Source: a candidate division FCPU426 bacterium
GTDB lineage: Bacteria; Oederibacteriota; Muellerivitia; Muellerivitales; Muellerivitaceae
DNA length: 64,000 nucleotides
Direction of reading: 5' to 3'
Assembly (NCBI GenBank): GCA_963771075.1
Contig: CAVYSE010000003.1
Span: 352,001 to 416,000 of the forward strand
The position numbers and the translations under genes were made by a program. Below are positions 20,474 to 31,212 of the stretch, piece by piece (the stretch's first letter is position 1; each line of letters opens with the position of its first letter). A model generated the notes under the pieces. That model did not search any database. It was not told the origin of the DNA and was given only the letters and a program-made list of their open reading frames with translations.

Positions 20474-22954
20474 TCAGTCGTTGGTAATGCGCATGGCGTA
20501 GAAGGTGCGCCAGACGAAAATGAGCGCGATGGCCATGAATATAACCGCCAGGGCCATGGTCATTCCCGCCAGGACCGGTGAGATGGCCAGTTCCACGGCC
20601 AACAGGCCGAAAAGGGTAGTGAACTTGATGATCGGGTTCATGGCCACCGAGGAGGTGTCCTTGAAGGGGTCCCCGACGGTGTCGCCCACCACAACCGCTT
20701 CATGAAGCTTGGTTCCCTTTTCTTTCAAGATCGCTTCCACGACCTTCTTGGCGTTATCCCAGGCCCCGCCCGCGTTCGCCATGAAGATGGCCTGATAAAG
20801 GCCAAACAGGGCGATGGAAATCAGGTACCCGATGAAGAAATAGGGGTCAAAGCAGGCGAAGGCCAGGGTGAAGCAGAAGACCGCGATGAAGATGTTGAAC
20901 ATGCCGTTCTGCGCGTATTTGGTGCAGATGGCAACCACCTTCTTGGAGTCCTCCACATTGGCTTTCTTGACCTTGGAATCCAGCTTGATGTTGGCGCTGA
21001 TGAATTCCACGGCCCGGTAGGCCCCGGTCGTGACGGCCTGGGTGGCCGCTCCCGTGAACCAGTAGATCACCGCGCCCCCCATGACGAGCCCCAAAAGGAA
21101 GAGGGGATTCAGGAGGGAAAAGTTGATGGCCAACGCGTTCAGCTGATCTTGTGAGATCATGCTCGCTCCCGTGATATGGGCGGCGTTCTTGGCCAAAAGC
21201 ACCAGGATGGAGAACAAGAGGGTGGTGGCTCCCACCACGGCCGTCCCGATCAACACCGGTTTGGCCGTAGCTTTGAAGGTGTTCCCGGCCCCGTCATTTT
21301 CCTCCAGGTAATCTTTTGCCTTTTTAAAGTCAGGCTTGAATCCGAATTCCTTTTCGATTTCTTTATCTACTCCCTTGATCGATTCGATGGTGGATAGCTC
21401 GAACACCGATTGGGCGTTATCCGTGACCGGCCCATAAGAATCCACTGCGATGGTGACCGGGCCCATGCCCAGGAAGCCGAAGGCCACGAGGCCAAAGGCG
21501 AAGACCGCGGGAGCGATCATCAAAGAGCTCATGCTGGTCCCCGTGGTGGCAACCCAGGCTCCCGTGCCCATCAAAACCAGGATCGAAAGGCCCATCCAGA
21601 AGGCCGAAAAGTTCCCGGCCACGAATCCGGAAAGGATATTCAGGGAGGGGCCGCCCTTCCGGGAAGCCATGACCACTTCCTTGACGTGCTTGGAATTCAT
21701 GGAAGTGAAAACCTTCACCAGTTCGGGGATGACGGCCCCGGCCAGGGTCCCGCAGGTGATAATGGTCGCAAGTTTCCACCAAACCGTCCCGTCCCCGACA
21801 TCAGCGATAAGCAGGTCGGAAGCGATGTAAGTGACGATGATGGAAATGATAGAGGTCAGCCAGACCAGGAAGGTCAGGGGATCCTCGAAATTCATCTTGT
21901 CCGCGTTCGAGTAACGGGCCTTGGCCACCGCCGCGTTGATCATGTAGGAAACGCCCGAGGTGATGATCATCATCACGCGCATGACGAAGATCCAGACCAG
22001 GAGCTTGATCTGGTCGGTCGGGTTATTGACCGCAAGAAGGATGAAGGTGATCAGGGCCACGCCCGTGACACCGTAAGTCTCGAACCCGTCGGCCGTGGGG
22101 CCGACTGAGTCTCCGGCGTTATCGCCCGTACAGTCGGCGATGACACCGGGGTTCCGGGCGTCATCTTCCTTGATTTTCAACACGATCTTCATCAGGTCGG
22201 AGCCGATGTCCGCGATCTTGGTGAAGATCCCGCCCGCGATACGAAGGGCGGCCGCGCCCAGGGACTCGCCGATGGCGAACCCGATAAAGCAGTAACCCGC
22301 CAAATCGGCGGGGATGAAAAGAATGATGGCCAGCATGATCAATAGTTCGATGGAAATCAAAAGCATCCCGATGGAAATGCCGGACCGGATCGGGATGGCA
22401 TAGGTCGGGAAAGGCTTGCCCTTCAAGGAAGCGAAGGCCGAACGGGAATTGGCGAAGGTGTTGATGCGGATCCCGAACCAAGCCACCGTCACCGAGCCCG
22501 CGATACCCACCACGCTGAAGAAAAGGATGATTAACATGTTGACTAAGCCCACGGGTTTCAACCAGCCAAAGTAGATAACAATGATGAATCCTATGAACAG
22601 CCACAGGTAGAACAGGAATTTCATCTGGTTCTGGACGTAGGTCTTGCAGGTCTCGTAGATGAGTTCGGAGATATCCCTCATCGACTTGTGCACGGGAAGA
22701 TTCTTGAGGTTGTTGAACATGACGCCCCCAAAAACCATCCCCAGGACGCAGATCAGGAGACCCCAGCAGAGCAGGTCCCAACCGGTGATCGACCCTCCCA
22801 AGAAGCGAATGGAAGCCAAATCAGGCAGCTTTAAGTCCGCCTCGCTCGCGAAAGCGTTGGTGGCCACCGTAAAAAGCGCCACCATCGCGAATACCCTCAT
22901 CACCATGCCACGGGTTTCGCGACACCCATTACTCAAACCCTCTCTCAAACCCAT
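20474..22954 (-). CDS. hppA: Membrane-bound ion-translocating pyrophosphatase (GNTFKA variant, K+-independent type)
   Basis: GGIFTKIADIGSDL, EDDARNPGVIAD..GDN.GD, GGAWDNAKK, GDTVGDPFKDTS. Confidence 0.95.
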   Translation of the reverse strand: MGLREGLSNGCRETRGMVMRVFAMVALFTVATNAFASEADLKLPDLASIRFLGGSITGWDLLCWGLLICVLGMVFGGVMFNNLKNLPVHKSMRDISELIYETCKTYVQNQMKFLFYLWLFIGFIIVIYFGWLKPVGLVNMLIILFFSVVGIAGSVTVAWFGIRINTFANSRSAFASLKGKPFPTYAIPIRSGISIGMLLISIELLIMLAIILFIPADLAGYCFIGFAIGESLGAAALRIAGGIFTKIADIGSDLMKIVLKIKEDDARNPGVIADCTGDNAGDSVGPTADGFETYGVTGVALITFILLAVNNPTDQIKLLVWIFVMRVMMIITSGVSYMINAAVAKARYSNADKMNFEDPLTFLVWLTSIISIIVTYIASDLLIADVGDGTVWWKLATIITCGTLAGAVIPELVKVFTSMNSKHVKEVVMASRKGGPSLNILSGFVAGNFSAFWMGLSILVLMGTGAWVATTGTSMSSLMIAPAVFAFGLVAFGFLGMGPVTIAVDSYGPVTDNAQSVFELSTIESIKGVDKEIEKEFGFKPDFKKAKDYLEENDGAGNTFKATAKPVLIGTAVVGATTLLFSILVLLAKNAAHITGASMISQDQLNALAINFSLLNPLFLLGLVMGGAVIYWFTGAATQAVTTGAYRAVEFISANIKLDSKVKKANVEDSKKVVAICTKYAQNGMFNIFIAVFCFTLAFACFDPYFFIGYLISIALFGLYQAIFMANAGGAWDNAKKVVEAILKEKGTKLHEAVVVGDTVGDPFKDTSSVAMNPIIKFTTLFGLLAVELAISPVLAGMTMALAVIFMAIALIFVWRTFYAMRITND

Positions 22955-23301
22955 TTGAAGCCTCCGAAGGATTTAATGCCAACCCTCATCCCGACCACTA
23001 CCCACCAATCGGCTGAACCTATCCCCTGAGTTTTAAGTTTATGCCGCGCGCCCCGGCCCGGCATTGGATGTCCTTTCCCAAACTTAACCCGGCAATAAAA
23101 AAGGCTGGAAGAAAACAATGGACGCTGGTAAAACCCAGACAGTCCTGGAACGAACAACGCAACAGATGGTATGCAATATGAGCAACCCTCAAAATGATGG
23201 GAATCATATTACAAAGACGACCGGGACAAGTCGATTTTTTATTGTTAGGTTCTTTGGCCAAAGTTAGGGCATTTTTGTTACAAGCTTGTCACAATCTCAC
23301 T

Positions 23302-24801
23302 TCAATCTTGATGTCCGTCTAACCTCGCGAAATCGATCCATCCTTTTTCCACACTGACCCCGGTCAGTTTAACGCGAACCCTGTCCCCCACATCCAAACC
23401 CTTCGCTCCCTGGGCCAGATAACCTTCAACCGGGGGGTTCAAAAGCCTTACCCAAGTCCCCTTTTGGGAAGCGCCGGTCACCAAGGCCTCAAAGGTCTCC
23501 CCCACCCTTTTTGAGAGGAAAAGGGCGCTGGCGCTTTTTCTCATCTGGCGTTCCACCTTGTCCGCGGCATTTTCCTGTTCCGTGCAATGGACCGCCAATG
23601 AATTCAGTTCAGGCAAAGCGTAGGGTGAAGCCGCATCCAACATGGCCGCCTTCAGGAGCCGCTGGGTGATCAAATCGGGATACCGCCGATTGGGGGCGGT
23701 GGAGTGGTTGTAGTCTTTTACCGCGAGGCCGAAATGCCCCTGGGCGGTCTCTCCCGGTTTTTCCAAAACATACTCCCCCCTGCCCAACAGCTTCACCACC
23801 GCCAGGGATAGGTCGGGAAAACGAAGGGGGTCCTTCACTTTTTGGGACTGCAGAAAACCATTCAGGGCCTTGGAATCCGGTGACGCCGGGAGCTGGCTTC
23901 CCCTTTCGGATGCCAGGGAAACGATACGGTCCCACCTCTCCGGGGTCTTCACCACCCGTCGCAGGGTGGGAAAGCCCTTCCGGGTCAGGAACTTTGCGGT
24001 AATCCCGTTTGCCGCCACCATCAAATCCTCGATAAGTTCCCCAGCCCGGGTCTGTTCCTCGTGTTTGAGATCGACGACCTGTCCATTTTCGGTGACGGCC
24101 CGAGTTTGGAGGGTGGTCAATTCCAAAGCTCCCGCCTCATACCTTCGTTTCCTCAAGCGCTGGGCCGCCGCATCCTGTAGGCGAAGCTGGGCATCCATCC
24201 CCATGACCCGTTGGGCTGGTTCGGGAAGAGGCCCTCTTTTTTCCAGCCAGGCCGATACGCTGATGTAAGCGAGCTTGGCCTTGTTCATCACCCGGGCCCG
24301 GAAAACGCTGGACCGGGAAATCGAACCGTCCGCCTCCACATCCATCTCAATGACCAGGGCCAGCCGGGTTTCGTCCTGATTCAAGGAAGTCAAGTCGGTG
24401 GAAAGCCTTTCCGGAAGCATGGGGAATGTCTTGACCCCCGTATAAACCGAGGTGGTATTCTTCCCCGCGTGAAGATCCAGGGACGTCCCCTTGGAAACCA
24501 GCGAGTCCACGTCCGCCACACCCACCCACAGCCGCGTCCGGCTGCCTCCCAGGTCCTCGCCCACCGAGATCTGATCCAGGTCCCGGGAATCGTCGTTATC
24601 AATAGAACACCAAAGCATGTCACGCATGTCTTTGAGCTCCCCCGAAAGGTCCTGGGCGGATCCGGAGAGACCGCGTAACTGTTGTAAAGCTTCCGATGAA
24701 AAATCAGGTTCAAGACCGAACGAGACCATGGTTCGGTCGGCTATCTGTGCTAAATAGCTTTCTTTAGATTCATGGTTTTCCAAAATGATCTCCTTAAACA
24801 A
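23302..24801 (-). CDS. RNB-domain exoribonuclease (RNase II/R-like) with C-terminal S1 domain
   Basis: SIDNDDSRDLDQ, LIEDLMVAAN, HFGLA...Y.HSTAPNRRYPDL. Confidence 0.92.
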   Translation of the reverse strand: MFKEIILENHESKESYLAQIADRTMVSFGLEPDFSSEALQQLRGLSGSAQDLSGELKDMRDMLWCSIDNDDSRDLDQISVGEDLGGSRTRLWVGVADVDSLVSKGTSLDLHAGKNTTSVYTGVKTFPMLPERLSTDLTSLNQDETRLALVIEMDVEADGSISRSSVFRARVMNKAKLAYISVSAWLEKRGPLPEPAQRVMGMDAQLRLQDAAAQRLRKRRYEAGALELTTLQTRAVTENGQVVDLKHEEQTRAGELIEDLMVAANGITAKFLTRKGFPTLRRVVKTPERWDRIVSLASERGSQLPASPDSKALNGFLQSQKVKDPLRFPDLSLAVVKLLGRGEYVLEKPGETAQGHFGLAVKDYNHSTAPNRRYPDLITQRLLKAAMLDAASPYALPELNSLAVHCTEQENAADKVERQMRKSASALFLSKRVGETFEALVTGASQKGTWVRLLNPPVEGYLAQGAKGLDVGDRVRVKLTGVSVEKGWIDFARLDGHQD

Positions 24802-24904
24802 GTTGAAGACGATTGGTACAAAAAGGGCCGGTATCGGCGTCGCTACGTTACACTTTCTTTTAGGAAGGATCTCAACTTTTTCTTGGATTAAACCGGCTTG
24901 GGTC

Positions 24905-26380
24905 CTATTTCAGGTTTTGAGACCGATCGGATGGGATTTTAAACTCGGTCATGATTTCCGAGGTGGCTTGGGCGGCCTTGGTCGCATCAAACACGATCTT
25001 CGTGCCGAACCAGGCGTGATCGTCGATCTCAATCACATGGTAGACCCCCAGGGGGCTCTTGAACGCCTCAATGAGGTCCTTCATTTCGGAGATAGGTTTT
25101 CCATTCACCTTTTCCACGATGAGGTTGTTTTCCTTGTCGTATCCCGTGTTGATGTCATGCGGAAGGACATGGCTGATGAGGATAACCTGTTTGTGTTCAG
25201 GCGTTGGAAAGCCATGCAGGTAAAGGTCTTTGAGTTCAGGTTTGAAATTTTCCCAGTTCCCCATTTGGAAATAGTTGGCGGTCAAGGGGACGAACACGAA
25301 CCCGGCGTACAAGAAATAGGTGGGGTGGGTGTTATCCGGCCGAAAGGGGACAAGCTTGGAAATGGCCTTGAGAAGCACCATTAGCTTCATCGCTTGGCCG
25401 TTTCGTAATATATCCAGGCTCACCTGCTCATGGATCAGGTAATAGGTAATCAAATAAGTCCAATCGATCCTCTGGGACTTGGATAGGTTAATGTCGCCCT
25501 CATTGTCGATCGGGTGCCCATCGATCCCGGTGAGGATATCCCCTACCTGTAAAATTCCATCAGCGGAAGACCCATTCACGATTCGAGTGACCACTACCCC
25601 CGTCTTGTCCCCCGGAAGCTTGTAAAAGCTTTGAAGCGCCGGATTTTCGAGGTTTTGCACATAAACGCCCATGTCCGGGAACCCGGAATATTCTTGGTGA
25701 ACCTTGATGTTCCTTAAAAAGGCCTGCACCACATTGATGGGGATGACGGTTCCCGTTTTATCGGGCTCATGGACGGACTCAAATGTCAGGCCGACAAACT
25801 TACCTTTATCAAAAACCGGACAACCGTCTTTTTTGACGTCAATAGGCTCGTAAGTGATCAAGCCCGGCAGGTACCGTTGGCATTCCGACGACCAAACCAT
25901 GTCCAACCCGGAAAGGGTATCTTCCTTCTTGGATAACTCTTCCCCTCCGTGAATGAGGATCTTGTCCCCGGGGGAAGGCATATCTCCGAATTCGGCGGGC
26001 AGGGAATCCTTGAAGAATTCCTTGTCTTCAATAGATAACAAGGCCAGATCCATGTCGTAACCTATCTGCTCCACCTTTGCCACATAACGCTTGGTCTCCC
26101 CGAATTTCTGGACCTCGATATAGTTTCCTTTGTTCACGAAATGGGACGTGGTCAGGATGCGGTTCCCGGGGATAACCACCCCGCAACCCTCCAACTGGAC
26201 CTGGGTGCCGGGTTTCCAGGGTTCGTAAAAATCGACGTTCTGGATGGTCGTGAAAATCTTGACGACGGACCTTTTCAGGTCCTTCTCGCTTCTTCCACGG
26301 CAAGCGGACAGAAAAAGCATACCCACAAACAGGATCGCCAAGATCGGCCGGGGCGGGAACATTTTCAGGGTAACCCTCAT
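24905..26380 (-). CDS. Deg/HtrA-like PDZ protease paralogue lacking the catalytic Ser motif
   Basis: Collinear with neighbour, but INPGNSGGPV is replaced by IDVKKDGCPV. Confidence 0.85.
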   Translation of the reverse strand: MRVTLKMFPPRPILAILFVGMLFLSACRGRSEKDLKRSVVKIFTTIQNVDFYEPWKPGTQVQLEGCGVVIPGNRILTTSHFVNKGNYIEVQKFGETKRYVAKVEQIGYDMDLALLSIEDKEFFKDSLPAEFGDMPSPGDKILIHGGEELSKKEDTLSGLDMVWSSECQRYLPGLITYEPIDVKKDGCPVFDKGKFVGLTFESVHEPDKTGTVIPINVVQAFLRNIKVHQEYSGFPDMGVYVQNLENPALQSFYKLPGDKTGVVVTRIVNGSSADGILQVGDILTGIDGHPIDNEGDINLSKSQRIDWTYLITYYLIHEQVSLDILRNGQAMKLMVLLKAISKLVPFRPDNTHPTYFLYAGFVFVPLTANYFQMGNWENFKPELKDLYLHGFPTPEHKQVILISHVLPHDINTGYDKENNLIVEKVNGKPISEMKDLIEAFKSPLGVYHVIEIDDHAWFGTKIVFDATKAAQATSEIMTEFKIPSDRSQNLK

Positions 26381-27915
26381 TTCAGGTCCTGCGACCGGTC
26401 GCTGGGAATGTTGTTCTTGGACAATATCTCCTCGGTGGCTTGTTTGGACCGTGTCGCATCCAGGACTATCCTTGTGCCAACCTCCACCGGATTATCGATT
26501 TCAATGATGTGTTTCCCGTCCTGGGGCTTCTCAAAAGCCTGGATCAAATCTTTCATTTCCGTGATGGGAACCCCGTTCACCTTTTGGACGACCAGGTTGG
26601 TGTACCGGGGTCCGTAGCCCTTGTTGATCTCGTGGGAAAGGATGTGGCTGATGATCACGACTTGCTTTCGATCCTCCGATGGCAAACCCTCGAAATAGAG
26701 GGGCATGAACCCCGAGAAACTGGCCTTGGAAGTCTGGAAGTAATTGGCGCAGAGGGGGGTGAATACCAGTCCCCCAAAAATGAAATAGGTCGGGTCGGTG
26801 TCGTATTTCACCAGGGGAACCAGCCGGGCGTCCGCCTTGAGGGTTACCGTCAGCTTCAACGGCTTCTGATCCCGCAGGACGTCGAGAACCATGTTCTCGC
26901 CGATCCGGTGCAAACAGAGGGGATACTGGAAATTCACGCGTTCGCCCTTGCGGAAATAAATAGTCCCGTCATTGGCGATGGGGTAGCCGTCGATGGAGAG
27001 TAGAATGTCGTTTTCCTGAACATGTCCCCAGGCGGAAGACCCATAGATCACCTTGGAAACCAGCAAACCGGTCTGGTCCGGCGCCATGCCGTAATAATTC
27101 CGCAGGGCGTCATTTTCCATGAACTCGGTGTAAAGACCCAGGGTGGGGACCGGGCTATAGCTCCCGGCCTTGATTTGGTCCAGGAACCGCTGGACCAACT
27201 GCACCGGAACGATGTAACCGGTGTTTTGAGCGACCATCGCGTTATAGCCCTGGAAGGCCACACCGACCATTTTCTTACGGCTGAACACCGGCCCCCCGCT
27301 GTTGCCGGGGTTGATCGCGGCGTTGGTTTGGATGCCCAGCAGGTACCGCATCGAGTGGGAGTAGGGGATAACCTCAATGCGGGAAACTTCACCCTCGGTG
27401 ATGGACAATTCCTCTCCCCCCACGGGATAGCCGTAAACCGCCACCTGGTCCTTCAAGGAAGGCACCCCCCCGAACTTGACGGGTTTGGTTCCCTTGAAAA
27501 ATTTCGGGTCCTCCACCCGCAAAATGGCCAGGTCACAATCATGGGCCACGAATATTTTTTTCGCGGTGTATTTCTTGGTGTCCCCGTCCTTGAGTACCTG
27601 AATGAAAATCTCATTGGATACTACGTGGGCGTTGGTCAGAATCCGGTTTCCCGAAATGACGCACCCGCTGCCGCTAACGTTTTCCTCCGGACCCACTCGC
27701 CAGGGCTCGAAATAATTGGGGTTCTGGATCGTGGTGAAAATCTTGACCAGCGATTTGCGCAAAGGATCGTCCGTGGCAGTCGAAACCCTGGGCAAGAGAT
27801 ACGCCAAGGCAAAAAGGGCAAGGAACAGCGTGGAAGCGATTCGTCCAATTTTTAAATTGTTTAAACTAGGTAATTTCGGGCTCAAAACCAACTCCAGAAG
27901 TATGAAAAGGATCAA
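26377..27915 (-). CDS. Deg/HtrA serine protease with PDZ domains (Deg2/Deg9-like)
   Basis: TNAHVV, CDLAIL, AAINPGNSGGP. Confidence 0.93.
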   Translation of the reverse strand: MILFILLELVLSPKLPSLNNLKIGRIASTLFLALFALAYLLPRVSTATDDPLRKSLVKIFTTIQNPNYFEPWRVGPEENVSGSGCVISGNRILTNAHVVSNEIFIQVLKDGDTKKYTAKKIFVAHDCDLAILRVEDPKFFKGTKPVKFGGVPSLKDQVAVYGYPVGGEELSITEGEVSRIEVIPYSHSMRYLLGIQTNAAINPGNSGGPVFSRKKMVGVAFQGYNAMVAQNTGYIVPVQLVQRFLDQIKAGSYSPVPTLGLYTEFMENDALRNYYGMAPDQTGLLVSKVIYGSSAWGHVQENDILLSIDGYPIANDGTIYFRKGERVNFQYPLCLHRIGENMVLDVLRDQKPLKLTVTLKADARLVPLVKYDTDPTYFIFGGLVFTPLCANYFQTSKASFSGFMPLYFEGLPSEDRKQVVIISHILSHEINKGYGPRYTNLVVQKVNGVPITEMKDLIQAFEKPQDGKHIIEIDNPVEVGTRIVLDATRSKQATEEILSKNNIPSDRSQDLK

Positions 27916-28097
27916 TAAGCCAGGTTAGAACTAACCCCAAAAGCGCGTCAGTTTAACACGTCCCGATTCATCCAATAACCCAATTTTCGGGGAAAGGTGC
28001 GGCTGATCAAAGGCTTAAATTAGAACCGGGAAGCCCATTGACTTATTGTGAAAAGAGATAAACAGGACAAACTCATCAGCCCCAAAACCAAGGGACT

Positions 28098-28553
28098 CTA
28101 TTCGAAACCATAAAAGGAATAGGGAATCGCCTTGGAGTCCTGTACTGTGCTATTCACATAGACAATACCGTTCGAGCTGTCGTACAGCCAGCCCGAGGAT
28201 GAACCCGTCGGCACTTTATTTTGAGTGGTCACGGATACCAGGTTTCCTGCCGGGCTCGGCGCGCTGAGCACGCAATAACCCGTTACCTTCACCGACTCCA
28301 GATTTCCCATGTACTTACTGAATGAATAAGTGGAAAAGCTATTGAGGGTGGATGGCCAAACGCCCTGGTTGTCCCCGTAATAAATCGAACTTGCTGATTT
28401 TAACGCTCCCAAATTACCCTTCGTGGCGCCTTCTCGTGATTTTTCGATCATCACCGCGAATTTCGGAATCGCAATGGCGGCCAAAATTCCAATAATCGCG
28501 ACAACGATCATTAATTCAATAAGTGTAAAACCCTTACTTTTTAAATGAATCAT
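28098..28553 (-). CDS. Type IV pilin/pseudopilin
   Basis: KGFTLIELMIVVAIIGILAAIAIP prepilin motif. Confidence 0.92.
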   Translation of the reverse strand: MIHLKSKGFTLIELMIVVAIIGILAAIAIPKFAVMIEKSREGATKGNLGALKSASSIYYGDNQGVWPSTLNSFSTYSFSKYMGNLESVKVTGYCVLSAPSPAGNLVSVTTQNKVPTGSSSGWLYDSSNGIVYVNSTVQDSKAIPYSFYGFE

Positions 28554-28716
28554 CTCCGCCTCCCTCAATACCGAAAGCCCATTGACCCTTGACCCCAAAC
28601 AGGGCCTTCAGTTCATAATATTTTATTACTTTTCAAAATATTTAAATATGAATAAATCGGCGTTAAAACGATAGTTTTTTTAACCCGATCACTAATTTGC
28701 AAAGGATAATCCTTGA

Positions 28717-30654
28717 ATGAATCCGATGAACTCGCCTCCCAGTCCCCCCATCCGTGACAAGGGGTCAACGGATGATCGTATTCTCCCGCTTGGGGCGATC
28801 GCTATCCTGCCCGCCCTTATCACTTTTTTGTTTTACCTGCCGTCGCTCAATAATAGTTTTGTGAATTGGGATGATCCAGAGAATATCCTGAATAATCCGC
28901 ATATCCGCAGTCTCAGCTTGGATTCCATTGGGTGGATGTTCACGAACTTTTACCAAGCCTTCTGGATACCCCTCAACTGGCTTTCCCTCGCCTTGGATTA
29001 CAGTTTGGGTCATCTGGACCCCGTCACCTACCATTTCCACAATCTGAGCCTGCATTGCCTGAATACCCTCCTCGTTTTTTTTGTGAGCCGGAAAATATTC
29101 CTTGTGGCCTCCTCAAGCCCGGATACCGCGGATCCAAAAGCTTCTTGGCCCCAGTCCGCGGCATTTCTGACCGCCCTTTTATTCGGGCTCCATCCCATTC
29201 ACGTGGAATCGGTAGTTTGGGTCACCGAGCGAAAGGATCTACTCGGAGGATTTTATTGCTTGTTAAGCCTGGGGGCCTATTTGGAACACGTAACCCGCCC
29301 CGATGGTAAGAAATGGAGATATTTCCTGAGCTTGGCCTTTTTCATCCTTTCGCTTTTATGCAAGCCCATGGCCATGACCCTGCCCTTGGTATTCATGCTA
29401 TTGGACCATTGGCCGTTGAGAAGGATAAAAATCTTCTCAGCCCACGGACTTCAGGAAAAAGTCCCTTTTTTCATCCTTGCCTTCTGCGCAGGCGGGATCA
29501 GCCTCCTGGCCCAATCCCATTTCGGCATGGTTCCCAACTTCGATCAATTACCCCTTTCTTACAGGATCATGAACGCATTCCATTCCCTCGTTTTTTATCT
29601 GGTTAAAATATTTGTTCCCATCCGCCTAGCGGCCCTCTATCCCATCGTGTTATTGAAAACCTATTCGCTTGAGTATTTGGTTTATCTTTGGGCAGTCCTG
29701 ATGATTAGCTTGGCCACTTTTTTAAACCGCCGGACCCGGCCCTACCTGGCCGTGGCCTGGCTGATTTATATCGTCACCTTGTCGCCGGTATTAGGAATTC
29801 AATATGTCGGTATTCAATGCGCTGCGGACCATTTCACTTACCTCCCGAGCCTCGCTCCCTTTATGCTCCTATCTTCGGCCCTGGCGGTCATCCTTTCCAA
29901 CCGTCGCGCTTTTTGGGGGTTTCTTTGCGTGGTTTTAAGCGTCTCCATGGGAATTGCGACGGCATATCAATCCATGACTTGGAAGAATTCCGTAAACCTT
30001 TGGGAAAGAGTCATTAAGGTTGCCTCGCCCTATATCTATGATTTCATTTATGAGCATTTGGGAGATGCCTATACGGCCGAAAGCCGGTGGGATGAGGCCT
30101 CGCGGGCCTATTATTCGGCTCTCGCCCTCTCCCCTTTCAAACCTGGCTTACATGAAAAAAGAGGGATCGTGCTTATCAACCAAAACTTGCCAGCGGAGGC
30201 CGCCAAGGAATTCGAGCAAGAAGTAAGCTTTGATCCTAAAAATCCAATGGCCCACCGTTACCTCTATTTCGCGTACCAAAAGATCGGGAAATCAACGGAA
30301 GCCCTGGCGGAAGTTCAAAAAGCGATCGAAATCGACCCGAAATTGCCTGGGGTTTATAACAGTTTGGGGGCATCTTATTTTTCGATGAAAAAGTACGACC
30401 TGGCGGTCGGGGCCTTTGAAAAGGCCCACGAGATGGACCCTCAAAACCTGGATTGCCTGATGAATTTGGCGGCGGCCTATACCTTTTCGGGAAAACCGGA
30501 GGGCTCGATCCAGGCGCTTAAAATGGCTCTTGCCATCCAGTCCCAAGACCCCAATATCTACCAAAAATTGGGCGAGGCCTACGAGAAGCTAGGCGATCAA
30601 GAATCGGCAAATCAGGCCTTTGCCGCAGCTAACAGCATGGGTAAAAAAGAGTGA
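28717..30654 (+). CDS. TMTC-like GT-C membrane glycosyltransferase with TPR repeats
   Basis: FVNWDD, HPIHVESV.W..ERKD, ADHFTYLP, C-terminal TPRs. Confidence 0.88.
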   Translation: MNPMNSPPSPPIRDKGSTDDRILPLGAIAILPALITFLFYLPSLNNSFVNWDDPENILNNPHIRSLSLDSIGWMFTNFYQAFWIPLNWLSLALDYSLGHLDPVTYHFHNLSLHCLNTLLVFFVSRKIFLVASSSPDTADPKASWPQSAAFLTALLFGLHPIHVESVVWVTERKDLLGGFYCLLSLGAYLEHVTRPDGKKWRYFLSLAFFILSLLCKPMAMTLPLVFMLLDHWPLRRIKIFSAHGLQEKVPFFILAFCAGGISLLAQSHFGMVPNFDQLPLSYRIMNAFHSLVFYLVKIFVPIRLAALYPIVLLKTYSLEYLVYLWAVLMISLATFLNRRTRPYLAVAWLIYIVTLSPVLGIQYVGIQCAADHFTYLPSLAPFMLLSSALAVILSNRRAFWGFLCVVLSVSMGIATAYQSMTWKNSVNLWERVIKVASPYIYDFIYEHLGDAYTAESRWDEASRAYYSALALSPFKPGLHEKRGIVLINQNLPAEAAKEFEQEVSFDPKNPMAHRYLYFAYQKIGKSTEALAEVQKAIEIDPKLPGVYNSLGASYFSMKKYDLAVGAFEKAHEMDPQNLDCLMNLAAAYTFSGKPEGSIQALKMALAIQSQDPNIYQKLGEAYEKLGDQESANQAFAAANSMGKKE

Positions 30655-31113
30655 TGTTCTCGTAAGTTTTGTTGCCAAGGTCGCCGGTTCATGAAAAAGG
30701 CTTATAAATGGAACGTTCTTTTTTCCCCTTTTATCATTCCCCATGGGTTCTCGCTCTATAACCACCGTAAAACAAAAACGACCTTAAGCCTGAATTGCTA
30801 AGGGGCGTTAAACCTCGATTAATAACAGTTAAACCCTGAAAAATATTATTAGTCGGAAATAAAAAGCAGAAACACGTTGGGTCCATATAGTAGAGCCCTT
30901 CGCACGACCTGCTCGCTCAGGGCACACCATATGGCCGCGCCATATATCGTGTTGCCCGAAAACAAAAAAGCCCCATAGCAGAGGCACCTTGGGTGCCACG
31001 CTATAGGGCATATTTAATTGGGCAACTCTGATTTTTTGCTGGCCCTGAAGCAGAGCTTCGCACGCTTCACGGCTCGCCATATTTCGTGATTCCCGAAGGG
31101 AATCTCTGATATA

Positions 31114-31158
31114 TGGCGGGGTTGACGGGGCTCGAACCCGCGACCTCCTGCGTGACAG
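31114..31158 (-). tRNA. 3' half of tRNA-Asp(GTC) serving as att site; not an intact tRNA
   Basis: Minus strand CTGTCACGCAGGAGGTCGCGGGTTCGAGCCCCGTCAACCCCGCCA; sequence 5' of the anticodon loop cannot form the anticodon or D stems. Confidence 0.85.
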
Positions 31159-31212
31159 CGGGATGATCGCGATTCATCAACCTTCTAAACCCTTTTAATT
31201 ACAACGAAAAAT

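Noticed and set aside
31114..31190. Intact tRNA-Asp
   Set aside because: The 5' half is absent; only anticodon loop to CCA is present
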